A stretch of 64,000 nucleotides of DNA, taken from Bacillota bacterium (GTDB lineage: Bacteria; Bacillota; Sulfobacillia; JACIYH01). The translations under genes were made by a program, and so were the position numbers. Under the pieces are notes generated by a model. It saw only the letters and a program-made list of their open reading frames with translations. It was not told the DNA's origin and made no database searches. This document shows, piece by piece, positions 1 through 9,922 of the stretch; position 1 is the stretch's first letter; every line of letters begins with the position of its first letter. Location of the stretch: positions 36,086 to 100,085 of the forward strand of contig JBFLXJ010000011.1 in assembly GCA_040757085.1 (NCBI GenBank), written 5' to 3'.

Positions 1-121
1 TTTTTGGCGTAGGTGTAGAACCCTTCTTTCCGTTACCGCTGGCAAAGTACCCGGCTGGCGGGAGTGCACGGTGAGCTGCCAGGACCAAATTCATTAGGTT
101 CGGGGAAGGGAGTAGGGCAAC

Positions 122-679
122 GTGCTGGGGGATGTCGTCAGGCAGTTGCGCAGGGCCAAAGGGCTCACCCTGCAGCAGGTTTCCGAGTTGACCGGGTTGA
201 GCGCTGCCTTTATCTCGCAGGTTGAGAATAATCAGGCGAACCCCACGTTGTCTTCGTTGCGCAAAATCGCCAGTGCCGTAGGGACTTCGGTATTCGCGTT
301 GTTGGCTCAGGGCGAGCTGGGGGAGGCGGCCTGTGTCCGCATACCACGCGACCACCGCAGGTCGTTCGTGGCCCCTGGATTCAACACCACCTTCGAGCTG
401 GCCTCGGCGTCCCACCCCGGGGCGAAAATTCAGGCTGTGTGGGTGGAACTTGAACCGGGTATGGAGACGTGCGACGAGCCCATGTGTCATGGTCCGTGGG
501 ACGCCGAGGAGTGGGCACTGGTAATAGAGGGCGAGGTGGATCTTGAGGCTGGTACCGAAGGATGCCGGCTCCAGGCGGGCGATGCTGTCCACTTTCGTCC
601 CGCAGTTCCCCACAAGTATCGCAACACGGGCAAGACGCGCGCGCGGTTCATATGTATCATGTGCCCGCCCACGTTCTAG
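122..679 (+). CDS. XRE-family HTH transcriptional regulator with C-terminal cupin domain
   Basis: N-terminal helix-turn-helix pattern (LTLQQVSELTGLSAAFISQVENNQANPTLSSLRKIA) followed by cupin-like C-terminal half; GTG start with GGGAG ~9 nt upstream. Confidence 0.75.
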   Translation: MLGDVVRQLRRAKGLTLQQVSELTGLSAAFISQVENNQANPTLSSLRKIASAVGTSVFALLAQGELGEAACVRIPRDHRRSFVAPGFNTTFELASASHPGAKIQAVWVELEPGMETCDEPMCHGPWDAEEWALVIEGEVDLEAGTEGCRLQAGDAVHFRPAVPHKYRNTGKTRARFICIMCPPTF

Positions 680-697
680 CCGGTCGGGCGGCGGGAG

Positions 698-2410
698 GTG
701 CGAGAGTTGCTGGATCTACTTATCAAGAACGCCAGGGTGGTTGATGGCTCTGGCAATCCGTGGTTTCGGGGTGAGGTGGGAGTGCGGGGAGGAAAGGTGG
801 CGGTGGTTTCACGCCACTCGCTCGATGCCCCTGCGGCTCGCGCCATCGACGCCGCCGGTATGGTAGTTTGTCCCGGATTCATCGACCTGCACAGCCACTC
901 CGATTACACCGTTTGGGTGCACAATCGGGCCGAGAGCGCATTGCGTATGGGCGTGACCACGGAGGCTGTGGGTCAGTGCGGGGGTACTGTACATACGTTC
1001 TCCGGCGAGGCGTTGCGCGACCGTATCCGGGATACCATGGCCTCTTTCTCACTGGTCCTCCCGGCCGAAGCCGAGGTGCGGTGGAACACTCTGGCCGAGT
1101 GGCGGTCGGCGCTCGAGTCCCGGGGCATAGGAATCAATCTCTGCCCCTTCATCGGCCACGGCACGGTGCGCGAATCCGTGCTGGGAACGGAGGGTAAGGG
1201 CGGGGAAAGAAGCGAGCCGGCTCCCGAGGAGATGGAGAGGATGAAAGCCCTGGTGCGGCAGGGAATGGAGGACGGGGCCTTCGGAATCTCAACCGGACTC
1301 CGCTATGCCCCGGGGCGGAATGCGTTTACGGAAGAAGTAGTCGAACTCGCCAGGGTGGTGGCGGAGTGCGGCGGAGTTTATACTTCGCACATCCGCAGCG
1401 AAGAAGAGTACCTGGTCTCCGCGGTTAGGGAGCTTGTCCGCATCAGCCGGGAGGCCCGCTTGCCGGCATGCGTGTCCCACCACAAGGCCATGCTACCCGA
1501 GAACTGGGGCAAGACGTTCGAAACTATTCGCGTCCTTGAGCGTGCTCGCGACGAGGGTGTGGACGTCATCTGCGACGTTTATCCGTGGACGCTGGCGCGT
1601 CAGGCCAACCTCGGAACCTGGTTCATGGGGCACATCCTGTCTCCCGACAGCGGCACTCCGGAGTCCGAGCAGTTGTTCCGGCGCCTGAAGGACGATGGCG
1701 AGTGGGGCAAGATCAGGGAAGCGGTCCGAGCGGGGCATGCAAAGGAGGTGCAGCTGAACGAGGAGCGTCGCCGGGTTCTTGCCAGGAAGGGAGTGATGGT
1801 GCCTGACATCTGGGACCCGGAGACGTTCGACTACATAGTGTGGTCCCCGGCGCATCCCGAACTGGAGGGGCTGAACTTCCGCGATGTGGGGCGGGTCCTG
1901 GGCTGCGACGATTACTGGGATGCCGTGCGAATGGTGTACCTCGAAGACGAGGGCTTTACCCAGGTAGCGGCGGGCGGCATGGCCGAGGAAGACATGCTGC
2001 ATGTTCTGAGGTGGCCGTGGTCTTGCGTTTCGACGGACGGATTTGCGCTGGACAACTCTCCCGACCTTAGTCGCCCGCAATGCGGGGTGCACCCGCGGCA
2101 ATATGGGACCTACCCGAAGGTGCTGGGCCGATACGTACGGGAAGCCAGATTTCTCCGGCTGGAGGAAGCCATCCGCAAGATGACGTCGTTGCCTGCACAG
2201 TTCCTGGGGTTGAGAGACCGGGGGCTGGTGCGGGAAGGGATGTGGGCTGACCTGGTGGTTTTCGATCCCGAGACGGTGGCCTGCGCTGCGACGCACCGTG
2301 AGCCCTCGAAGTATCCGATGGGAATCGCGTACGTCCTGGTGAACGGGCAACTTGTGATAGACCAGGGGCGGCACACGGGTATTCTGGCTGGGAAGGTTTT
2401 GTCCAGGTGA
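698..2410 (+). CDS. D-aminoacylase / N-acyl-D-amino-acid deacylase (amidohydrolase superfamily)
   Basis: 570 aa; metal-binding amidohydrolase signature VCPGFIDLHSHSDYT; overall D-aminoacylase architecture. Confidence 0.75.
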   Translation: MRELLDLLIKNARVVDGSGNPWFRGEVGVRGGKVAVVSRHSLDAPAARAIDAAGMVVCPGFIDLHSHSDYTVWVHNRAESALRMGVTTEAVGQCGGTVHTFSGEALRDRIRDTMASFSLVLPAEAEVRWNTLAEWRSALESRGIGINLCPFIGHGTVRESVLGTEGKGGERSEPAPEEMERMKALVRQGMEDGAFGISTGLRYAPGRNAFTEEVVELARVVAECGGVYTSHIRSEEEYLVSAVRELVRISREARLPACVSHHKAMLPENWGKTFETIRVLERARDEGVDVICDVYPWTLARQANLGTWFMGHILSPDSGTPESEQLFRRLKDDGEWGKIREAVRAGHAKEVQLNEERRRVLARKGVMVPDIWDPETFDYIVWSPAHPELEGLNFRDVGRVLGCDDYWDAVRMVYLEDEGFTQVAAGGMAEEDMLHVLRWPWSCVSTDGFALDNSPDLSRPQCGVHPRQYGTYPKVLGRYVREARFLRLEEAIRKMTSLPAQFLGLRDRGLVREGMWADLVVFDPETVACAATHREPSKYPMGIAYVLVNGQLVIDQGRHTGILAGKVLSR

Positions 2411-2464
2411 GGCCGGCGGCTATAGGGCTGCATTGTACGGGCATATGGCAGGAGGTGTAACATC

Positions 2465-3559
2465 GTGAGCAAACCTGTGGCGGTGCTGGGCGGAGGTAAC
2501 GGGGGTCACTGCATGGCGGCTGACCTGGCCCTGGCGGGGTACCGGGTGAATTTTTACGAACTACCCGACTTCGCCGGTCGGGTTGAGAAGGTCCTGAGGA
2601 CGGGGGAGATCAAGCTTACGGGGATCGGGAGGCAGGGGATTGCTCGGCTGCACACGGCTACGACCGACATGGCCGAGGCCCTGCGGGACGTGGAGCTTGT
2701 CAACGTGGTGGTCCCCGCATTTGGCCACGGGCGGTTTTTCCGGGAAATGTTGCCTCACCTGCGGGACGGGCAGTTGGTGGTGATGTGGGCGGCTGACTTC
2801 GGTTCTCTGGAGCTGCTGCACTTTCTCAGGCAGAATGCCCCCGACTTGCGGGTAGACATCGTGGAGACCAACACTTTACCCTACGGGACCCGGATGGTGG
2901 AACCGGGCTGGGTTCACCTTGCCCTGGTTGCTCCCCTTGTTACGGCGGCTGCCCTTCCGGCCATGAGAAACGCCTCGGTGATTCCGCAACTGCAAGGGTA
3001 TTTCCCCATGGTGCAGCCGGCCCGGGACGTCCTCTCGTGTGCGTTCAGCAACCCCAACCCCATTGTCCATCCCCCCGGTTCTCTCCTCAACGTGGGTCGT
3101 ATCCAATACAGTGGCGGCGACTTCTACATGTACCGGGAAGGGATAACCGAGGCGGTGGCCAGGGTCATCCGCCGGGTGTTCGACGAGGTGAAGAGGGTGG
3201 CGGACGCCTACGGGACGGAGGTGATCGAGTACGAGGACCGTGACTTCAACACCACGGGGAGCATCATGGCGGTGGCTTTCCAGGCGCCATTTAACACCCT
3301 CGGTGTAATCGCCCAGATCAAGGGACCCAGTTCCGTACACGACCGGTATATCACCGAGGACCTGCCCCAGGGTTTGGTTCCCATCTCCCAGCTTGCCCGC
3401 AAGGCGGGCGTGAGCACGCCGCTCATCGACGCCATCGTTTCGCTGGGCTCGGCTGTGTGCGATCGGGATTTCTGGTCGGAGGGAAGGACACTGGCGAAGC
3501 TGGGAATCGACGGCCTTTCCGCCGCTGAAATCCAGCGCCTGGTGCGGGAGGGACTCTGA
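2465..3559 (+). CDS. opine dehydrogenase-family NAD(P)-dependent oxidoreductase (octopine/nopaline DH-like), copy 1
   Basis: N-terminal Rossmann motif VAVLGGGNGGHCMAADLALAGYRV; ~360 aa typical of opine DH family; GTG start 8 nt after GGAGGTG. Confidence 0.7.
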   Translation: MSKPVAVLGGGNGGHCMAADLALAGYRVNFYELPDFAGRVEKVLRTGEIKLTGIGRQGIARLHTATTDMAEALRDVELVNVVVPAFGHGRFFREMLPHLRDGQLVVMWAADFGSLELLHFLRQNAPDLRVDIVETNTLPYGTRMVEPGWVHLALVAPLVTAAALPAMRNASVIPQLQGYFPMVQPARDVLSCAFSNPNPIVHPPGSLLNVGRIQYSGGDFYMYREGITEAVARVIRRVFDEVKRVADAYGTEVIEYEDRDFNTTGSIMAVAFQAPFNTLGVIAQIKGPSSVHDRYITEDLPQGLVPISQLARKAGVSTPLIDAIVSLGSAVCDRDFWSEGRTLAKLGIDGLSAAEIQRLVREGL

Positions 3560-3627
3560 GCAGGTGCGCGAGTGTGAGGATTTATGAAACATCGCCCTGG
3601 ACAACCGCACGGGGAGGGAATGTAGCG

Positions 3628-5055
3628 ATGACGGGTGATTGGGCGCCATTTGAGGCGTATGCTGAGCGCATGATGGCGGCGTATCAGGTACCCGGGATTG
3701 CAGTCGCGGTAGCACAGGACGGCAAGCAGGTTTTCGGCCGCGGGTTCGGGTGGCGCGACCGGGAACGCGAGTTGCCGGTTACTGAGAACACGGTTTTTGG
3801 CATTGGCTCGATCACCAAGTCGTTCACCGCCGTGGCGATTATGCAGCTGGAGGAGGAAGGCAAGCTTTCGGTGGAGGACCCCGTCGTCAAGTACCTCCCG
3901 GAGTTCCGGGTGGGTAAGGACGGGGCCGCGGGGAAGATCACGATCCACCACTTCCTGACGCATACCAGCGGGCTGCCTCCTCTGCCTTCCCTGTTCTTGT
4001 GCATGGCCCCCAGCATGCAGGGCGATCCCAGCGTAAAGGACTTCCCGCTCAGCGTGGGCGTTGACGGTAAGCAACCGATTTACACGTACGAGCAGCTGAT
4101 GGACTTCATTGCCAGCCTGGACGTCCAACTGCTCGGCCCGCCCGGGGCATACTTCAGCTACTCCAACGATGCTTATGCCCTCCTGGGGGCGATTGTTGAG
4201 CGTGTGAGCGGGCAATCTTACGAGTCCTTCGTCACCGAACGCATCCTTGAACCGCTGGGGATGGAGCACACGACCTTTGATCTGAAGGTCATGGAGCAGT
4301 TTCCGGAAGTCACGGAGCTGTACGCTGCCCGGGAAAATAACGGCAAAGAGGAAGCGTATGCGGCACCCCAGTGGTGGGAGGCACCTGCCATGGTGGCAGC
4401 AGGCTTTCTGCGTTCCAACGTGGGTGACCTGCTGCGGTACATGGAGGTGTACCGCACGGGAGGCGTGGGAAACGGCCGACGCATCCTCTCGGCCGAAAGC
4501 GTGGCCCGGATGACAGCACCCCATGTCTGGTGTGAACCGGGGCTGTATTACGGCTATGGTCTGGTAATTCACCCCAACTACCACGGCGTATCTCTGGTCG
4601 AGCACGGGGGTGGCATCAAGGGGGTATCTGCGTACGTCAGTTGCGTTCCCGAAAAGGGTGTGACGGGGGCAGCTCTGGCCAACCTTGCGGGGGTTCCCTC
4701 GGGCCAGATCCTGCTTGGTGCGATGAATATCATCCTGGGCCTGCCGGTGGATACCCGCCGTTTCGACTACCCCGATTATGCGTGTCCCCCCGAGCGGCTG
4801 GAGCGGTATGCGGGTGAATACCGTTCGGGCGAGGGAGCTCAGATCAAGGTATCAGTCACGGACGGCACGCTCCAGGTCGAGATGCAGGGCAAGCGCATGC
4901 ACGCGAGGCCCGTTGGCGTTGGCATGTTCGTGATTAAGCAGAAAGAAGAGGAATCGTTGCTGCGTTTTCTCTTCAACGCCCGCGGTGAGGTATATGCGGT
5001 TGCCTCCGGTTTTCGCATCATCCCACGGGTGGGGGGCCTCGCCAGAACGGCGTGA
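3628..5055 (+). CDS. serine hydrolase, beta-lactamase/S12 D-aminopeptidase-like
   Basis: SxxK active-site motif GIGSITKSFTAV, YxN-like region (YSNDAY); ATG at 3628 preceded by GGGAGGG; six-frame ORF extends upstream to 3574. Confidence 0.7.
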   Translation: MTGDWAPFEAYAERMMAAYQVPGIAVAVAQDGKQVFGRGFGWRDRERELPVTENTVFGIGSITKSFTAVAIMQLEEEGKLSVEDPVVKYLPEFRVGKDGAAGKITIHHFLTHTSGLPPLPSLFLCMAPSMQGDPSVKDFPLSVGVDGKQPIYTYEQLMDFIASLDVQLLGPPGAYFSYSNDAYALLGAIVERVSGQSYESFVTERILEPLGMEHTTFDLKVMEQFPEVTELYAARENNGKEEAYAAPQWWEAPAMVAAGFLRSNVGDLLRYMEVYRTGGVGNGRRILSAESVARMTAPHVWCEPGLYYGYGLVIHPNYHGVSLVEHGGGIKGVSAYVSCVPEKGVTGAALANLAGVPSGQILLGAMNIILGLPVDTRRFDYPDYACPPERLERYAGEYRSGEGAQIKVSVTDGTLQVEMQGKRMHARPVGVGMFVIKQKEEESLLRFLFNARGEVYAVASGFRIIPRVGGLARTA

Positions 5056-5134
5056 GGCGCGCGGCGAAGGTCTGTTGGACTTGTGACCTCCCGGGAATAC
5101 ATCGTCAGGCGTGGGCTGAGAGGAGGCAGGAGTT

Positions 5135-7114
5135 GTGTCTGCCACCAGGTTGCCAAAGTATGAGGATTTGTATGACATCAAAATGGTGTCGGATCCACAG
5201 ATTGACCCTCAGGGCAACTGGGTAGTGTTTACGGTCACAGAGGTAGACAAGGAGTCAGATGGCTACCGTTCTTCGCTGTGGCTTGTCCCCACGCGGGGCG
5301 GGGAACCCCGCCGGCTCACCCACGTGGGCAAGGTTAACATGCAACCCCGGTGGTCGCCGCAGGGAGACAAGCTGGCCTTTATTTCCGATCGCGGGGGCGG
5401 CAATCAGGTTTGGGTGCTACCCTTTTCCGAGGGAGGGGAGGCGTACCCGGTCACTGCGGATCTCAGGGGGATTTCGTCTCCACCCGTGTGGCGCCCTGAT
5501 GGGAAAGCCCTGGCAGTAGTCGCTCTGGGTCCGGCTCAGCCGGGAGAAGATCTGCCCGAGAGATCTGAAATCAAGACGTCGGACCGTTTGCTACACAAGT
5601 TCGACGGGACAGGAGTGTTCGGTCCAGGCAGGCAGCAGGTGTACGTGGTTCCCTCTTCAGGAGGAAAAGCAACTCAGGTAACTTGGGGAGATTGCGATCA
5701 CGGCGTGCCCGCCTGGTCGCCCGACGGTCGCCGGCTGGCCCTGGCCGTCAGGCGTAGCGCTGATGCGGACCACACCGCCCTTAGCGATCTGTATCTGCTG
5801 GATGTCGGCTCGGGCGAATATCAACTCCTGCGTACGAATTTCTCCCGCTTCCTGCTTCCCAGCCCCGTGTGGTCGCCAGACGGAAGTAGGCTGCTAATGG
5901 TGGCCGCAGAGGGCAGGTCCTGGGGGAACCGCACTCCGGAAATATGGTTAGTCGAAGTGGAAAGCGGTCATGCCGAGAGCCTGACGCGCGAATTCGATCG
6001 ACCGCCAGCCCCGGTCGATAGCGGGGACATCGTGACGGTGGATGCCCGTCCTCTGCCGCAGTGGAGCCCGCACGGAGACAGGGTCTTTACCCTCTTCGCT
6101 GAAAGGGGGCAGTGCGAGCTTTATTCCCTCGACTTGCGTACGAGGGATATTGAGCGGCTCTCCAAAGGTCATCGCAGGGTCCTCACGGCCTTTTCCATGG
6201 CTCGCGACGGATCCTTCGCTTACACCGTTACCGATCCTTCCCGGCCCAACGAGGTGTACTACCTCAGTCCCACCGGAGAGGAAAAGAGGCTTACCGACTT
6301 CAACGGGTTCTATTTCGGCGAGATGGCGTTGCGACCGGTAGAGTTGGTCACGTATCAAGGACCTGATGGCCTCCCGCTGGAAGGCTGGCTGATAACCCCC
6401 GGGGGACAGGGGCCTCACCCCCTGATCCTCAGCATCCACGGAGGGCCCCACGGGGCTTACGGGTTTGCCTACCATCACGGGTTCCAGTGCCTGGCGGCCC
6501 AGGGTTACGCCGTGCTCTACACCAACCCCCGCGGCAGCCAGTCATACGGGACTGCCTTCGCCCAAGGTTGCGTGCGGGATTGGGGTGGCAAGGATTTCGG
6601 TGACCTCATGGCTGGCGTGGATGAAGCGGTCAGGCGGGGGGTCGCCGATCCCGATCGGCTGGGAGTGTCGGGATATAGCTACGGCGGCTTCATGACCAAC
6701 TGGATCATAACCCACAGTGCTCGATTCAAGGCTGCGGTCTCGGGCGGGTGCCTTAGCAACCTATTGAGCTTTTACGGCTCGTCCGACCTGGGGTATTTGT
6801 TCCTTCTGGATGAAATCGGAGGGCCTCCTTGGGAAACGGTAGAAGCCCTTCTCCAGCACTCTCCCCTGATGCACGTGGCCAACGTTACCACTCCCGTGCT
6901 CTTCCTGCACGGAGAAGCCGACGACCGTTGCCCCATTGAGCAGGCCGAGCAAATTTACGTGGCGCTCCGGCAACTGGGAAAGCAGGCGCAACTCGTGCGC
7001 TACCCCCAGAGTAGCCATCTGTTCATACTCACCGGCAAGCCGAGCTTCAGGATCGACTACTGGCGGCGCCTCACCGAATGGTTCGACCGGTATCTGAAGG
7101 ACCGGAGCAGCTGA
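5135..7114 (+). CDS. S9 family serine peptidase (acylaminoacyl-peptidase/prolyl oligopeptidase type) with N-terminal beta-propeller
   Basis: WSPDG-type propeller repeats in N-half; C-terminal alpha/beta hydrolase with GYSYGGFM nucleophile motif and HGEADDRCP; GTG start after GAGGAGG. Confidence 0.8.
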   Translation: MSATRLPKYEDLYDIKMVSDPQIDPQGNWVVFTVTEVDKESDGYRSSLWLVPTRGGEPRRLTHVGKVNMQPRWSPQGDKLAFISDRGGGNQVWVLPFSEGGEAYPVTADLRGISSPPVWRPDGKALAVVALGPAQPGEDLPERSEIKTSDRLLHKFDGTGVFGPGRQQVYVVPSSGGKATQVTWGDCDHGVPAWSPDGRRLALAVRRSADADHTALSDLYLLDVGSGEYQLLRTNFSRFLLPSPVWSPDGSRLLMVAAEGRSWGNRTPEIWLVEVESGHAESLTREFDRPPAPVDSGDIVTVDARPLPQWSPHGDRVFTLFAERGQCELYSLDLRTRDIERLSKGHRRVLTAFSMARDGSFAYTVTDPSRPNEVYYLSPTGEEKRLTDFNGFYFGEMALRPVELVTYQGPDGLPLEGWLITPGGQGPHPLILSIHGGPHGAYGFAYHHGFQCLAAQGYAVLYTNPRGSQSYGTAFAQGCVRDWGGKDFGDLMAGVDEAVRRGVADPDRLGVSGYSYGGFMTNWIITHSARFKAAVSGGCLSNLLSFYGSSDLGYLFLLDEIGGPPWETVEALLQHSPLMHVANVTTPVLFLHGEADDRCPIEQAEQIYVALRQLGKQAQLVRYPQSSHLFILTGKPSFRIDYWRRLTEWFDRYLKDRSS

Positions 7115-7274
7115 GACAACACGTAGCATGCCCGCGGTACACCGCAATGCCCTGTGCAACACCCGAGGAGGGAAGCCCTGGAAAGGGGGTGACGGCCGGG
7201 AAACTCTGGGTATTCACTACGGGTCAAGTTGGTTTGTGTGTGCGGGAAGGATGTCAGCTTCAGGAGGTGAGAAG

Positions 7275-8909
7275 ATGAGACGGTGGCGGTACATGGCCAT
7301 TACTTTAGTAGTGGTCCTGGTCGCGACGGTGCTGGTGGGTTGTCGGACGCGGTCAACCGGGGAGGGCGCGAAGGAGCCTGCCCAGGAGGTCAGGCGGGGC
7401 GGGACCGTGGTCATTGGCTACATGGAAGAACCCAACACGCTCGATCCCCACAAGACCGCAGCTGGTGCTGCCTATTTCGTGATGAGTCTTATATCCGATC
7501 CCGTCGTGCAAACCGATCCCCAAACCGGCGACTTCATCCCGCACCTGGCCAAGCGGTGGGAGGTATCCGGGGACGGGCTGGAGGTCACGTTGTACCTGCG
7601 CGATGACGTAAAGTTCCACTCAGGTGTTCCGTTCACCGCGCATGCCCTGAAAGCTACGTGGGACCGAGCCTTTGATCCCAAAACCAAGACCGTCGCAGCT
7701 TCGAAGATGCTCGGGCCGGTGAAGGAAATCATCGCCCTGGACGATTACACCCTCAAATTGCGTATGGAGAAGCCTTTTGGTCCCTTGTTCTACGGCTTGT
7801 CCCTGGGAGGGTATACGCACGCCATCGATCCCACCAACCTGGAGAAGTACGGTGAAGATTATGGCCGGCATCCGGCCAGCACCGGGCCGTACAAGTTCGA
7901 AGAATGGGTGACCGGTCAGTGGATCACGCTGGTGCGAAACGAGGACTACAAGTGGGCACCCAGTTTCGCCTCCAACCAGGGTCCCCCCTATCCCGAAAAG
8001 ATCCAGATCAAATACATCCTCGAGGATGCCACCCGCGTGGCGGCCCTGGAGGCCGGCGAGGTCCATATTGCCCCCGTGCCCCCCATGGAAGTTGACCGGT
8101 TCACGAATAACCCGAACTTCAGCGTGTTCTCCTACCTTGCATCAGGAGTAAGTATGTCCCTGTGGTTTAATCAGAACAAGCCCCCTCTGAACGACGTGCG
8201 GGTCAGGCAGGCCCTCTCTTACGCGATCGACAAGCAGGCCATTATAGAGGGAGCCGCCGCTGGGCACGCCCGCCCGGCCCACGGTCCCCTGCCCCCTACC
8301 ATATGGGGCTACTGGAAGGGCGTAGAGGATATCAGCTACAAATTCGACCCGGAGAAGTCCAAGGCGTTGCTGGAGGAAGCCGGCTGGAAGCTGGCCCCCG
8401 GGGACACGGTTCGAAAGAAGGAGGGTAAGCCCCTCAAGCTGAGCCTCTTCATCATGCCGGCGGATGCGTGGAGGCGCACGGCCGAGCTCCTGCAGGCACA
8501 GTTCCGTGATGTTGGGGTCCAGGTGGAGATCCAGAGCTACGAGTGGGGTGCGCTCATGCAGTACCTCGGCGAAGGGCGCCACCACATGAACCTGATGGGA
8601 TACGGTTACGGTGACCCCGACATCCTGTACCTCGCCCTGCACTCCTCCCAGGCGGGTTCGGGAGTGAACTGGTGTTTCGTGCGCGACCCTGACATCGACG
8701 CTGCTGTTGCGGGTCAGAGGAACACCGTGCTCCCCGAAGAACGCCTCCGCTATGCGGCCGAGGCGCAGCGGTTGGTCGTGGAACGGGCCGTTTGGGCCCC
8801 CATATACATCTCCGAGAATTACGTGGCGGTGAATAAGAAGGTGCAGGGCTTCAAGCTGAACTTCCGGGGGACCTGGCTATTGCATGACATCTGGTTGAAG
8901 GACAACTGA
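7275..8909 (+). CDS. ABC transporter substrate-binding lipoprotein, family 5 (peptide/opine/nickel type)
   Basis: ATG at 7275 with AGGAGGTG RBS; signal peptide plus lipobox (LVATVLVGC); length and motifs of DppA/OppA family. Confidence 0.8.
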   Translation: MRRWRYMAITLVVVLVATVLVGCRTRSTGEGAKEPAQEVRRGGTVVIGYMEEPNTLDPHKTAAGAAYFVMSLISDPVVQTDPQTGDFIPHLAKRWEVSGDGLEVTLYLRDDVKFHSGVPFTAHALKATWDRAFDPKTKTVAASKMLGPVKEIIALDDYTLKLRMEKPFGPLFYGLSLGGYTHAIDPTNLEKYGEDYGRHPASTGPYKFEEWVTGQWITLVRNEDYKWAPSFASNQGPPYPEKIQIKYILEDATRVAALEAGEVHIAPVPPMEVDRFTNNPNFSVFSYLASGVSMSLWFNQNKPPLNDVRVRQALSYAIDKQAIIEGAAAGHARPAHGPLPPTIWGYWKGVEDISYKFDPEKSKALLEEAGWKLAPGDTVRKKEGKPLKLSLFIMPADAWRRTAELLQAQFRDVGVQVEIQSYEWGALMQYLGEGRHHMNLMGYGYGDPDILYLALHSSQAGSGVNWCFVRDPDIDAAVAGQRNTVLPEERLRYAAEAQRLVVERAVWAPIYISENYVAVNKKVQGFKLNFRGTWLLHDIWLKDN

Positions 8910-9001
8910 ACACATACCGGGAGGGATGCGGCCTCCGGGGGCGGGGGATGAGGATCCTCCGCCCCCGGCGGATGCAACCGCAGGGCAGGAGGATCACCTA
9001 A

Positions 9002-9922
9002 ATGTCTACTTACCTTGCCAAGCGGGTTCTGGGAACCATTCCGGTGCTGGTGGGCGTGTCGATACTGGTGTTCTCTATGCTACATTTTGTGCCCGGGGAC
9101 CCGGCACGCATCATGCTGGGCATGGAGGCGGGAGCAGAAGACGTGGCCCGGCTGCGAAAGCAGCTGGGTCTGGATGATCCGTTGGCAGTGCAGTACCTGA
9201 GGTTTGCTGGGGGGGCTCTGCGGGGTGACCTGGGACGTTCCCTGAAGAGCAATCGCCCGGTTGTGGAGGAAATAACGGCGCGGTTCCCTGCCACCTTGAA
9301 ACTGGCATTCTGTAGCCTCAGCATAGCCGTCTCCGTCGGCGTCGTGGCTGGAGTGCTGGCAGCAAAGCACCATCAATCACTGCTGGATAACGCGGTCATG
9401 TTAGGGGCGATAGTGGGGGTCAGCGTCCCCGGTTTCTGGCTCGGACTGATGCTCATCTTCCTTTTTGCGGTCAATCTCCGCTGGTTCCCGGTCGCGGGAG
9501 CCGCGACTCTTCGGCACCTGGTGTTGCCGAGCCTTTCGTTGGGGCTGATGGCGTCCGCAGTTGTGGCGCGCATTACCCGTTCTTCGGTTCTGGAGGTCAT
9601 GCGCCAGGACTACATCCGAACGGCACGTTCGAAGGGCCTATCGGAACGAATCGTCATGTACCGTCACGCGCTCAAGAACGCCCTGATACCCGTGGTCACC
9701 GTCGTGGGATTACAGTTCGGCGGCCTCCTCGGCGGCGCGGTGATTGTCGAGCAGGTGTTCGCCTGGCCTGGCCTGGGGACGTTAGCCGTCACTGCTTTAC
9801 AGGCCCGAGACTTTCCTATGGTGCAGGGCATTGTTCTGTACATGGCGCTGGGATACGTGCTTGTGAACCTGATAGTGGACGTAATGTACAGCTATCTTGA
9901 TCCACGCATCCGTTATCAGTGA
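9002..9922 (+). CDS. ABC transporter permease (DppB/OppB-like)
   Basis: six predicted TM segments, conserved permease EAA-like loop (YIRTARSKGLSERIVMYRHALKNA). Confidence 0.85.
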   Translation: MSTYLAKRVLGTIPVLVGVSILVFSMLHFVPGDPARIMLGMEAGAEDVARLRKQLGLDDPLAVQYLRFAGGALRGDLGRSLKSNRPVVEEITARFPATLKLAFCSLSIAVSVGVVAGVLAAKHHQSLLDNAVMLGAIVGVSVPGFWLGLMLIFLFAVNLRWFPVAGAATLRHLVLPSLSLGLMASAVVARITRSSVLEVMRQDYIRTARSKGLSERIVMYRHALKNALIPVVTVVGLQFGGLLGGAVIVEQVFAWPGLGTLAVTALQARDFPMVQGIVLYMALGYVLVNLIVDVMYSYLDPRIRYQ

